Shown here piece by piece: positions 1-7,947 of a stretch of DNA of 54,975 bases. Made by a program: the position numbers and the translations under genes. The notes beneath the pieces are model-generated. The model was not told the DNA's origin. It did no database searches and worked only from the letters and a program-made list of their open reading frames with translations. The first letter of the stretch is position 1; every line of letters starts with the position of its first letter. Source of the DNA: Limisphaerales bacterium (GTDB lineage: Bacteria > Verrucomicrobiota > Verrucomicrobiia > Limisphaerales > JAYPEY01); assembly GCA_047618185.1 (NCBI GenBank), contig JBLHKZ010000003.1:1-54975 (forward strand), read 5' to 3'.

Positions 1-96
1 GAACCCAAATTCGATCAAATTCCGATCGAAGGCGAAATAAAATGTGACAGTCGGCTCGGAGGAATGCTGAACTACTATTACCGAAAAGCCGCGTGA
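1..96 (+). mobile_element. 3' end of an integrase-core (rve-type, IS481-like) transposase, cut by the window edge
   Basis: Frame +1 reads EPKFDQIPIEGEIKCDSRLGGMLNYYYRKAA*. The 'RLGG(L/M)LxYYxRxAA' ending is typical of PVC integrase-core transposases. Confidence 0.75.
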
Positions 97-141
97 AAAT
101 GAGGTATTCGAATTTCCGGACACTACGCCATTCGGGTTAAG

Positions 142-1650
142 TCAGGCGTGGCCGCCACCCAGCGGTTGTTCCTCATCGGGGACCAGACAACTGAGTTCCT
201 CCGCGTCGCCGGGCAATTCCTCCAGGCGATCGAGTCTTCCGTCACTCAGCGAAATCTCGGCGCTTTCGCAGTAGAAACCCAGATGGCCGCCGTTGAAGGC
301 GCCGTCGATCAACGCAAGACGCACGACGCCGTCCAGAGAGAATTCGATATAGTGACCGTAACGAATCAGTTTGAATGTGTGGGTCAGTTTCTCGTTGGGC
401 GCGAACATGTTGGTCTGAAGATTTTGAAAGACATAGTCCTTCATGATATCCTCGGGATTGTCTCCCCATCGCCGTATCTGAACATAGCCCTGGACGACAT
501 CCAGTGAGATGTAATAGCCGTTGCCCTTGTCGTCGCCGTCGAAATACAGCCCGCATTTTCCGCGGCCAAGAACCCGCAGTTGGCCGCTCCAGATATAGTT
601 GGAGGCATCAAGGCGAAAACTGAAAAGTTCATATCCGCTGGCGCTGGCGAAGCGGGGCATCTCGCCGTCGCAATCGTGTTCCGCGCTGGGATTGCAAAAC
701 ACGGGCAGGAAATCGGGGAAATGGGACTGTTCGATGGATTCGTTTATTTTCTCGTCCCAACGGTGGTAACTGACGAGTTCGAGCCGTCCATTGTTCCTGA
801 CGCGCAGTTTCTGGGGCGGCGGGAGGTAGCGGCGTTCGTGCTCCGTGTCGTGATCGGCGATGTAAAACGCGTGTATCAACACGTGATCACCGTCCCGTGT
901 GACGCGGGCGGCGTAGTTTCCCTGGGGCATGAGAACGTTGTCGTGAAACGCGTGGTACTCGCCCTGAAAGTCGTGGGCGTACCAGTAGTGCACCTTGACG
1001 TCTTCGCGAATGGAGCCGATGAGGTAAAATCGGTTGTCGAGTTCCACGAGGCAGGGGCATTCGACGTCGTCGTAGACAAAGGGGGTAAAAAGAGGCCCTT
1101 CAATGCGGGCCTGATCGTCTTCGAGTCGCACCACGCCGACGCATCCCCGGCGGGACACCGCGCCTCGATTGACGCGCGCGCAGACGAGGAGGAAGTCTTC
1201 GCCCTTGGCTCGGAAGAGAAAGGGATCGCGAAAGCTGACCCAGTGGCGCGGGTTATCGGTCTTCGATTCGTAATAGGGGCCGGCGGGGGATATTGGAAAC
1301 GGCGGCGCATTGACTTTTTCCCAGTGAACGAGGTCCGGGGACACCGCTTTCCCGATGCGCTGAATCCTCCCCTTCTCTTTTTGAGACAAGCCGGTGTAGA
1401 ACATTTCGAAGCCGCCGTCGCGCGCGCGGGAAACGTTCATGGTCCAGAGCATGTCGTCGTCCCATTCGCCCGGGTCGCCGACGAACAGGGCGCTTTTTAC
1501 CCGCGTCCAGTTGATGCAATCGGTGGAGGTCGCGTGGGCGATGTAGTCGTGATTTGGCAGGATCAGGTGGAAGAGATGATAGGTGTCGCCGATCCGAATG
1601 ACGTCGATGTCGCCGATTTCGGATTCTCGAAAGCCTCGGTTGGAATACAT
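142..1650 (-). CDS. GH32-like glycoside hydrolase (beta-fructofuranosidase/invertase-like five-bladed propeller plus C-terminal beta-sandwich)
   Basis: Has YHLF, an Asp-box-like SxDLVHW, FRDP and VECP motifs and no signal peptide. Lies directly downstream of sucrose-phosphate synthase. Confidence 0.8.
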   Translation of the reverse strand: MYSNRGFRESEIGDIDVIRIGDTYHLFHLILPNHDYIAHATSTDCINWTRVKSALFVGDPGEWDDDMLWTMNVSRARDGGFEMFYTGLSQKEKGRIQRIGKAVSPDLVHWEKVNAPPFPISPAGPYYESKTDNPRHWVSFRDPFLFRAKGEDFLLVCARVNRGAVSRRGCVGVVRLEDDQARIEGPLFTPFVYDDVECPCLVELDNRFYLIGSIREDVKVHYWYAHDFQGEYHAFHDNVLMPQGNYAARVTRDGDHVLIHAFYIADHDTEHERRYLPPPQKLRVRNNGRLELVSYHRWDEKINESIEQSHFPDFLPVFCNPSAEHDCDGEMPRFASASGYELFSFRLDASNYIWSGQLRVLGRGKCGLYFDGDDKGNGYYISLDVVQGYVQIRRWGDNPEDIMKDYVFQNLQTNMFAPNEKLTHTFKLIRYGHYIEFSLDGVVRLALIDGAFNGGHLGFYCESAEISLSDGRLDRLEELPGDAEELSCLVPDEEQPLGGGHA

Positions 1651-1689
1651 GGTCTGGGAACTGAATGGAGTCAGCGTCGGCCGGCCAGA

Positions 1690-3849
1690 TTATTTGAAGT
1701 TGAACTTGCGAAGCCCCTCAAGCACGCCGGCGGCGCTGGGTTGGGAGGCGAAATAGACGCCCCGGGAGCCGCGGAGGGGTTCGAGTTCGGGCGCGTGGTT
1801 TGCCACGACAATGCCGCGGGACGAGCCGGTGAACATGTCCAGGTCATTTCCCGAGTCGCCGCAGACGATGACATTGCGCAAGGGCACGGACCACTTGTGG
1901 CAGAGATACCGAATGGCCCGGCCTTTGGAGGCGCGTTTGGGCAGAATATCCACAAAGCGGTTTTGGGATATGATGACGTTCACCCGGCGAATCAACGGCC
2001 CCAGCGCGGAATGCAGGGCCTCGATCTGAAATCCGGCGTCTCTGAAAAACGAGATTTTGAACGGGTTCTGGGCGGCGTCCCCCTGGGGCCTCAAACCTTC
2101 AACGGTCACCGCCGCGCCAAGAATCTTTTCACGATCCCAACGAAAGGCCAGATGCTGTTCCCAGCCCTTGTCGCGGAGGCCATGATCGAGGCCGTAGTAA
2201 ATGTAGGAACCGACGGAGGCGATCGAGACATCGGGTTGCGGAAGCTGACGCTCCTCGATGATCTTGCGGGTGAGTTCCAGTGAACGACCGGTGGCGATGC
2301 CGAATATGAATCGGTTGCCTCGGTCGGCCAACAGGGTCTTCAATTCGTCCAGTCCGACGTAGTCTTCGGTTTCGCTGACGAGGGTCCCGTCGATGTCGGA
2401 CACGACCATCCAGTTCGAGGTCTTCAACCGTTCTTGCACCTTGGGCAGTTTGGCGATGTTCTTAATGCCCCAGCCGTCGGATGCGGCCCGATTTGCGTGG
2501 ACCAGCTTGAGGTAGTGGTCGACATGCGAAATCCAGCTGTAAGCCTCGTCCACATTTCGGATTCCGGTGAGGGAACGTTCCGTCCAGCGGTCCGGGTCCG
2601 AAAGCAGATCTCGCAGGGCGGTCTGGATTGCGGCGGTGTCCTCGGGGGCGACCAGAATTCCGTTTTCGCATTTGGGTATAATCTCCGCGGGGCCGCCATT
2701 GTTGGTCGCGACGATGGGCAGGCCGCAGGCGGAGGCCTCGAGGATGGTCAGGCCAAAGGGTTCGTGCAGCGCGATGTTGACGAACACTCCCTTCTGGCGG
2801 GCGCACAAGCGATAGATCTCAGGCACTTCCCATTCGGAATCGTGCTGCTTTGGGATGGCGAGTTTGCCGTAGAGGTTGTGCTTGTCCATCAACAGGAGAA
2901 TCTCGGTGAGGACTTCCTTGGCCTCGTTGGGCATGGTGGAAATGTCGCCGCGAATGCCGGCGAAGATCCCCAGATTCGCCATGGCCTGAAGCTGGGGATC
3001 CGAGCCGAAGGCCTCGATCAAGCCAGTGATGTTCTTTTTGCGATCGGGCCGACAGATGGCGAGAATCAGGGGCTTGTTGGGCTCGCTCAGAAACCGGTCC
3101 ATTCGTTCCTTCGCCATGTGCTTGGCCTGCTTGAGTTCGTGAGGCGCATCCTCCTGCTCCGCGCGTTCCTCGTAGTGCGGGTAGAACCTTCGGTAGTCGA
3201 TGCCCGGCGGAATCACATGAAACTCCGATTGATCGAAGTTTTCGTATTCGGAGAATTGGTTGATCTCCATCGCGGTGGACGTGCAGATAAATTCAGCGTC
3301 GGCGAGCGCCCGATTTTCCGCTTCGAACCGGGCTTCGAATTGATAGCGGTCGTAGGCTTCAGTCCGCTCCATGCCGGCATCGAGCGCCTTTTCCAGTTTG
3401 GGCTTACCCAGTGAGTGTGCGGTATGGACAAAGGGCACGTGGAGATAGGCGGACAGTTCCGCAGTGACGTAGGCGGCGTCTCCGTAGTGGGAATGCATCC
3501 AGTCCGGAAAGATGTTCTCCGATTTGATATGGGTGATGGCGTTGGTGACAAACTCGTCGAGGTGCGGCCAGATGGCCTCCTTCATCAGGTAGCGCTTCCC
3601 GCCGCAGGCGATTCGCCGGATGTCGAACTTGTCGGTCACCCGCTCGATGGGATCCGCGTAGGCCTCGGAGAGCGCCGAGTCCTCGATTCTTCGGGTGAAA
3701 AGGTGAACGTGATCGACATCGGGACGCTGACTCAGCGTCCGTGCAAGCTCCATGACATAGATGATCTGGCCTCCGTTGTCCGCGTCACGGCCAATCTCCA
3801 ACGATTCGCCGCGAAATAGTCCGTGCATACTGCATAATAGGATTCGCAT
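1690..3849 (-). CDS. sps: Bifunctional sucrose-phosphate synthase (GT4) / HAD-IIB sucrose-phosphate phosphatase; mannosylfructose-phosphate synthase not excluded
   Basis: GT4 motifs GRDADNGGQ, HSHYGDA, HSLG and EPFGLT, then HAD motifs SDIDGTL, ATGR, ASKG and GDSGND. Start placed at ATG 3849 (MRILL); the ORF's upstream 60 aa look non-coding. Confidence 0.88.
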   Translation of the reverse strand: MRILLCSMHGLFRGESLEIGRDADNGGQIIYVMELARTLSQRPDVDHVHLFTRRIEDSALSEAYADPIERVTDKFDIRRIACGGKRYLMKEAIWPHLDEFVTNAITHIKSENIFPDWMHSHYGDAAYVTAELSAYLHVPFVHTAHSLGKPKLEKALDAGMERTEAYDRYQFEARFEAENRALADAEFICTSTAMEINQFSEYENFDQSEFHVIPPGIDYRRFYPHYEERAEQEDAPHELKQAKHMAKERMDRFLSEPNKPLILAICRPDRKKNITGLIEAFGSDPQLQAMANLGIFAGIRGDISTMPNEAKEVLTEILLLMDKHNLYGKLAIPKQHDSEWEVPEIYRLCARQKGVFVNIALHEPFGLTILEASACGLPIVATNNGGPAEIIPKCENGILVAPEDTAAIQTALRDLLSDPDRWTERSLTGIRNVDEAYSWISHVDHYLKLVHANRAASDGWGIKNIAKLPKVQERLKTSNWMVVSDIDGTLVSETEDYVGLDELKTLLADRGNRFIFGIATGRSLELTRKIIEERQLPQPDVSIASVGSYIYYGLDHGLRDKGWEQHLAFRWDREKILGAAVTVEGLRPQGDAAQNPFKISFFRDAGFQIEALHSALGPLIRRVNVIISQNRFVDILPKRASKGRAIRYLCHKWSVPLRNVIVCGDSGNDLDMFTGSSRGIVVANHAPELEPLRGSRGVYFASQPSAAGVLEGLRKFNFK

Positions 3850-4198
3850 TCGGGGCGAGGATAACAGATGCGCCAAGAATCGCGAATTTGGAGCGGCTGG
3901 ACCACCACGCAGCGAGCCCAGCGTAGTGGTCCTGATTGAGCAAAACCGCCGTTTCCTGGTCCTGAGCCAAACCCGCATGCCCAATCGGCATCGCGCGCCC
4001 TGAGTCAGGCCCGCAAGGCTCTGTCCCACCAGGCGTGGCGAGAGGTGTATTGGTGAAAAACCCTATCGCAGCTGAAATCACCGTTTATCTCTTCTCGAAT
4101 CATTTTCTTTCCCTGGGTAGCAATTCCAACCAGAACTAATTCACCGGCACAGTTCCTCAGTCGATCTATGCGTTGATGACTTCGACTCATCGTGCGCG

Positions 4199-4500
4199 CT
4201 ACGCAGCGATCCTTTCGTATCGTTGATGAAGCCTGCCGAGCACGGGAATGGAAATGATTTTCCCTGCGGATTGGCCGTTCGGTTCTTCTCGTGAATTCGG
4301 GCAACTGCCGTCAAGTCCCTGGTGCAGCCGGTGGTTTTCGTACGGTTCAAAGATTCGCTGAGTAGATTTCTTAGATGTCGCTCGTGCAGAACGATGACAT
4401 GGTCGATCAGTTCGCGGCGCAAGCTTCCGAAATACCGTTCGACAAATGGATTCTGCCATGGTGATCGGTAGGCGCTGCGAACTTCCTCGATCCCCGAATC
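4199..4500 (-). pseudogene. Truncated, frameshifted integrase-core (IS481-like) transposase remnant
   Basis: One frame reads [44 protein letters not shown] second frame continues HRLHQGL...[19 protein letters not shown]. No 5' part is present. Confidence 0.8.
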
Positions 4501-4673
4501 TTGGGTGCTTTCGCTATTAACTGTTAAACGACACGCCGTAAGTTGTTCATAACGAATGAGTTAATGTCGGTTTTAAGATCGAATAGTTCTGTTCAGTGTC
4601 AAATGCAATGTAACCCATTCATTTCAAACGCTTTGCGTGCTAATCCTTAACACTTGATGACGGAAGCGCCCAA
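4501..4673. mobile_element. MITE-like non-coding element with ~27-bp imperfect terminal inverted repeats
   Basis: 4501-4527 TTGGGTGCTTTCGCTATTAACTGTTAA matches the reverse complement of 4647-4673 (TTGGGCGCTTCCGTCATCAAGTGTTAA) at 21/27 positions. The interior is AT-rich. Confidence 0.55.
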
Positions 4674-4701
4674 TTATCGGACCGACCATTTTTACAGGCT
4701 T

Positions 4702-5421
4702 TCATTTCTCGCCGGGACGTTTAAGCGAGAGCCGATCCCTGTTCTTCTCGGCGCTCTCAGTCTGAAAAATATTCCAGGCAACCTTCCAGGCTCCTCTCAC
4801 GGTGTAGCGAAAGAGTGTTTCGCCGGAATCGATCGATTTCATGAACCCCGTGCGCGCCATGCCACGGAATCGGGATTGCAGTGAATGCTCCAGAAACTCC
4901 AGGGCTTCATCGGCGTTGATGCGACGCGATGTTTTGCCACTATCGAGCAGCAGTTGTTTGTGTGAGTCGTAGAGTTCCCGAGGATTGGCTTTGAGGAGAA
5001 TATTCTCCAGGACCGTATTGCCGAAATCCGGACAGTCAAATTCATCGTGGCTTTGCAGAAAAGTTCCGTCATCAAATTCCGAAATCAGGAGGGTGCGTCT
5101 CACGTTGATCTTTGCTATTTTTCCGCCCCGGACCAGTAGAAGAGCATCGGCGTCCGGAGCCACCCATAGCGCGGCATAATCGGCGTAGATCCTGGACCGT
5201 TCTGGATGCGCGTAGAATCCGCAGCCCTGAAAGTCCATCTCCGCAACCATGCGATTTACAGCGGCAAAATAAGCCGACGAACTGGGAGCCTGGGAGAGAT
5301 CCGATTTCGCAAGGAATTTGACCCGTTGTTTTTCAATCAACGAGACGCAGAACGGGATGGCGATAACGGCAAAAAAGAAAAGGACCACCGCGCCGAGAAT
5401 CAGGGTTATCCAAAAACTCAT
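4702..5421 (-). CDS. Hypothetical protein with N-terminal membrane anchor
   Basis: 239-aa ATG ORF with a hydrophobic N-terminus, same strand as and 42 bp from the upstream HTH gene. Confidence 0.7.
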   Translation of the reverse strand: MSFWITLILGAVVLFFFAVIAIPFCVSLIEKQRVKFLAKSDLSQAPSSSAYFAAVNRMVAEMDFQGCGFYAHPERSRIYADYAALWVAPDADALLLVRGGKIAKINVRRTLLISEFDDGTFLQSHDEFDCPDFGNTVLENILLKANPRELYDSHKQLLLDSGKTSRRINADEALEFLEHSLQSRFRGMARTGFMKSIDSGETLFRYTVRGAWKVAWNIFQTESAEKNRDRLSLKRPGEK

Positions 5422-5463
5422 GACCTTGATTTGAAAAATTCCCCGACGCCCGAATCCCGCCCC

Positions 5464-5976
5464 CTACTGAATCTGACCTGCGGACTTGGTCGGGAGGGGC
5501 AACACCTCGCCCGTGGTGTTCGGATCGGTTTGATAAAGCCCCGGGCCCAGCTCGGAGGTGGGATCGTAGGCCCGGCGATTCTCAGCGACGCGATACCCCC
5601 AGAGGGCGAGCAGGAGGACCAGCAGGATTCCGCCGATTGGCAGCACGATTCGCCAGTTCATCTGCGAGGCCACAAACATGAGCTTGTCGATCGGGCCGCG
5701 TTTGGGGCCGCTCAGGCTGGGCGGGCCGCTGAAGTTTTCGGTCAGGGCGAGCTCGGCCTCGAGCTCCTTGACCAGCTCCTTGGCATCCAGGCCCACGGCG
5801 TTGGCGTAGCAGCGAACGAAACCGCGGATGTAGATGGGGGCGGCAAAAACGTTGAAATCGCCGTTCTCCAGGGCCCGAACATGCTCAGTCTTGATCTTGG
5901 TGATATCAGCAATCTGATGGACCGTGAAATTCTTCGCTTCACGGGCCTGCTGGAGTTGTTCGGAAACCGTCGGCAT
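5464..5976 (-). CDS. RodZ-like XRE/HTH_25 protein with one TM helix, lacking a large periplasmic domain
   Basis: LQQAREAK...IADITKIK..HVRALENGDF...IYIRGFVRCYA matches the RodZ HTH pattern. A TM segment sits near residues 108-127. Confidence 0.8.
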   Translation of the reverse strand: MPTVSEQLQQAREAKNFTVHQIADITKIKTEHVRALENGDFNVFAAPIYIRGFVRCYANAVGLDAKELVKELEAELALTENFSGPPSLSGPKRGPIDKLMFVASQMNWRIVLPIGGILLVLLLALWGYRVAENRRAYDPTSELGPGLYQTDPNTTGEVLPLPTKSAGQIQ

Positions 5977-6150
5977 TCGCGGGCAATCTATGGATTCACC
6001 CTATTCTTTGCAATCTTGGAAAGGCGGAGAGGCTTTTCAAGCGCAGCTCCGATTCCAGGATCAGTCTGAAACCGAATTCGAAAACCCACCCCAGACCCTC
6101 CTAGGAGCTGTGCGTTGCCCATAGGTTCCAACATTATCCGCTACCGGCAA

Positions 6151-6250
6151 GCCGAAGGCTTTTCAGCCATTAGCCGGGGGGTGAGCGAGGAACGAGCGAT
6201 ACCCGCGAATGCCTCCGGAAAACTCACGTTGCATCCCGGAGGGATGCCAG
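6151..6250. repeat. REP/REPIN-like extragenic palindromic element
   Basis: Hairpin GCATCCC-GGA-GGGATGC (6231-6247) plus CAGCCATTAGCCGGGGG...GAGCGATACCC, resembling PVC REP arrays. It lies just upstream of a RAYT fragment. Confidence 0.5.
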
Positions 6251-6268
6251 ATTCACGGCTCTCAGGCC

Positions 6269-6367
6269 ATGCCTCGCGCGTTGAGAATTGAGTATCTCGG
6301 AGCGGTTTATCATGTGATGAGCGGAGGCAACCACAGCGACCCTTTTGCAGCTCGATCGGAAAACTAG
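6269..6367 (+). pseudogene. N-terminal fragment of a REP-associated tyrosine transposase (Y1/RAYT)
   Basis: MPRALRIEYLGAVYHVMSGGNH... matches the RAYT N-terminus (MxRxLRIEYPGAxYHVxSRGN). It stops after 32 aa. Confidence 0.72.
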
Positions 6368-7593
6368 GACGGATCGTCAGATTTGAAAATGGAATTGCGC
6401 AGACGGTCGGTCTGTTCGCGCAACTTCTTCAGCCAGCGACGAGCCCAGACGAATTCCGTGCTCAACGCCGCCAGGCCCGCGATGATCGTCAGCAAACCAG
6501 GCATCGGCGTCAGCAGAAACACCAGCCCGAGCAGACATAAACTGGAGCCCATCGTCAGGATCACGACCCGCCGCGCCTGTTTGACCGACACGGCGCCCAG
6601 CTCCTCGAGATCCTGCGCTAGCGGCGAAAGCAGCGGCACGGCGTCGTGATGAAAACAGGCGGCCAGAATCCCGCTTCCCAACGCCAGGCACAGGACGGTC
6701 AGCGTCAGCCAGAACGGAACGTGCACATACGGATCGAACAGGAAACAGAGGCTCACGACAGCAAGCGAAAGCCCTAGGGCGATTTTCATGAATCGAAAAC
6801 GCTCCATCGCCGCCGCGACCACAAAGTACAAACTGCGCATGCCCAGACAGGCGCAAGCGGTCGCGACCACAATGATAAATGGTTTGCGGGTGAAGATCGC
6901 GAACACGGGCACGGAACTGATGGCGAACACCAGCGCCGCGCTTTGGGTCATCAGGAGCGTCACCAACGCGGGAGTCATCATACGGCGGCCTTTTTTCTGC
7001 CGGACAAAGAAGACGTCGTGGCCCGCGCTCGGCGCCATCGGATAGTACCGCCGCGCCAGCCGAACCAGGGGATTCCGTTTGACCTTTCGGTTGGTGTGAC
7101 GGGCCGCCACCAGCGCGGCGGAGGAATACATCGCGACGCCGCCAAAGAAATACACAATCCAGTCGTAGGTCGCCATCAGGCCGGTTCCCGCCGTCGCGAA
7201 AACAGCCCGCAGGGTCAAAGCGCCAAACACGCTCCAGAAGAGAATGCGCTCCTGCCCCTTCAACGGTGTTTCGAAATGAGCGAACAACAGGGCAATGATG
7301 AACACCGTCGCGACACTGAGCATTTTCTGCCCGATGAAACCGGCGAAGAACTGCTCTGCCGCCTGACGACCCGTCAACGCCTGGGTGATCGCCAGTTCGT
7401 CCCCCTGCCATTTGAATTCGTAGAGGCTGTAGACGACGAAGTTGAAGCTCAGCCCCAGGACGATCCAGACGCAGGTCCACACCGCCGCGTCGCCCGGCGC
7501 GTGCGCCAAGCCGCGCCCGCCGAAGGCTCCCAGGTCCATGGCCAGCAAGACAACAAACGCGAGGACCAGAGCGAACGCAATCCAGACAGTCAT
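6364..7593 (-). CDS. TerC/Alx-family membrane protein fused to a C-terminal PGPGW-like domain
   Basis: TerC architecture (QERILFWSVFGALTLRA, MTPALVTLL, GMRSLYF) followed by LLTPMPGLLTIIAGLAALSTEFVWARRWL. Confidence 0.8.
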   Translation of the reverse strand: MTVWIAFALVLAFVVLLAMDLGAFGGRGLAHAPGDAAVWTCVWIVLGLSFNFVVYSLYEFKWQGDELAITQALTGRQAAEQFFAGFIGQKMLSVATVFIIALLFAHFETPLKGQERILFWSVFGALTLRAVFATAGTGLMATYDWIVYFFGGVAMYSSAALVAARHTNRKVKRNPLVRLARRYYPMAPSAGHDVFFVRQKKGRRMMTPALVTLLMTQSAALVFAISSVPVFAIFTRKPFIIVVATACACLGMRSLYFVVAAAMERFRFMKIALGLSLAVVSLCFLFDPYVHVPFWLTLTVLCLALGSGILAACFHHDAVPLLSPLAQDLEELGAVSVKQARRVVILTMGSSLCLLGLVFLLTPMPGLLTIIAGLAALSTEFVWARRWLKKLREQTDRLRNSIFKSDDPS

Positions 7594-7947
7594 AATCGAC
7601 TTCCTCCAACTCCAAAGGCTCCAGCAGTGGCGTTCGCAAGTCGGTTATGTCGATTGGGTTCGAAGACGAGATTTGGCATGGTCCGGTCAGGCGTCGCTGA
7701 GGATGCGTCGTTGCGACGGCCCACGAGCAAGCCTGTTTACACCCCGTGATGTCGAGCAAAAGACGCGGCGCGGCGCGTTCAGCCGACACTGCATTCCGAT
7801 TCAATCGTTGCGCGCGATTTTTTTATCAGAAATTCAAATAGTTCATTGCGCGCCGCTCTCCACGTGAATTCGCCGCGGGCGTCCGGCCGTATAACTTGTG
7901 CGCGCTCGACGCGAGCCGTCGGTTCGGTAGATAAATGCCCGCCGCCC

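Noticed and set aside
580-2283. 567-aa plus-strand ORF, and similar long antisense ORFs at 20221-21261, 22015-23379, 24540-26153, 30498-32126 and 32818-34446
   Set aside because: They are shadows of well-supported opposite-strand genes in GC-rich DNA and carry no recognisable motifs.
3850-4029. N-terminal extensions in the ORF track (sps, Omp85 from 11073, exbB from 34632, porin from 37688, sulP from 44952, can from 46670)
   Set aside because: They overlap neighbouring genes or regulatory sites. Family similarity begins at the downstream ATGs used.
1-4500. Intact composite transposon around the sucrose genes
   Set aside because: The flanking transposase fragments differ in sequence, one is a pseudogene, and no matching ends or target duplication are visible. 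Kept only as a weaker observation.
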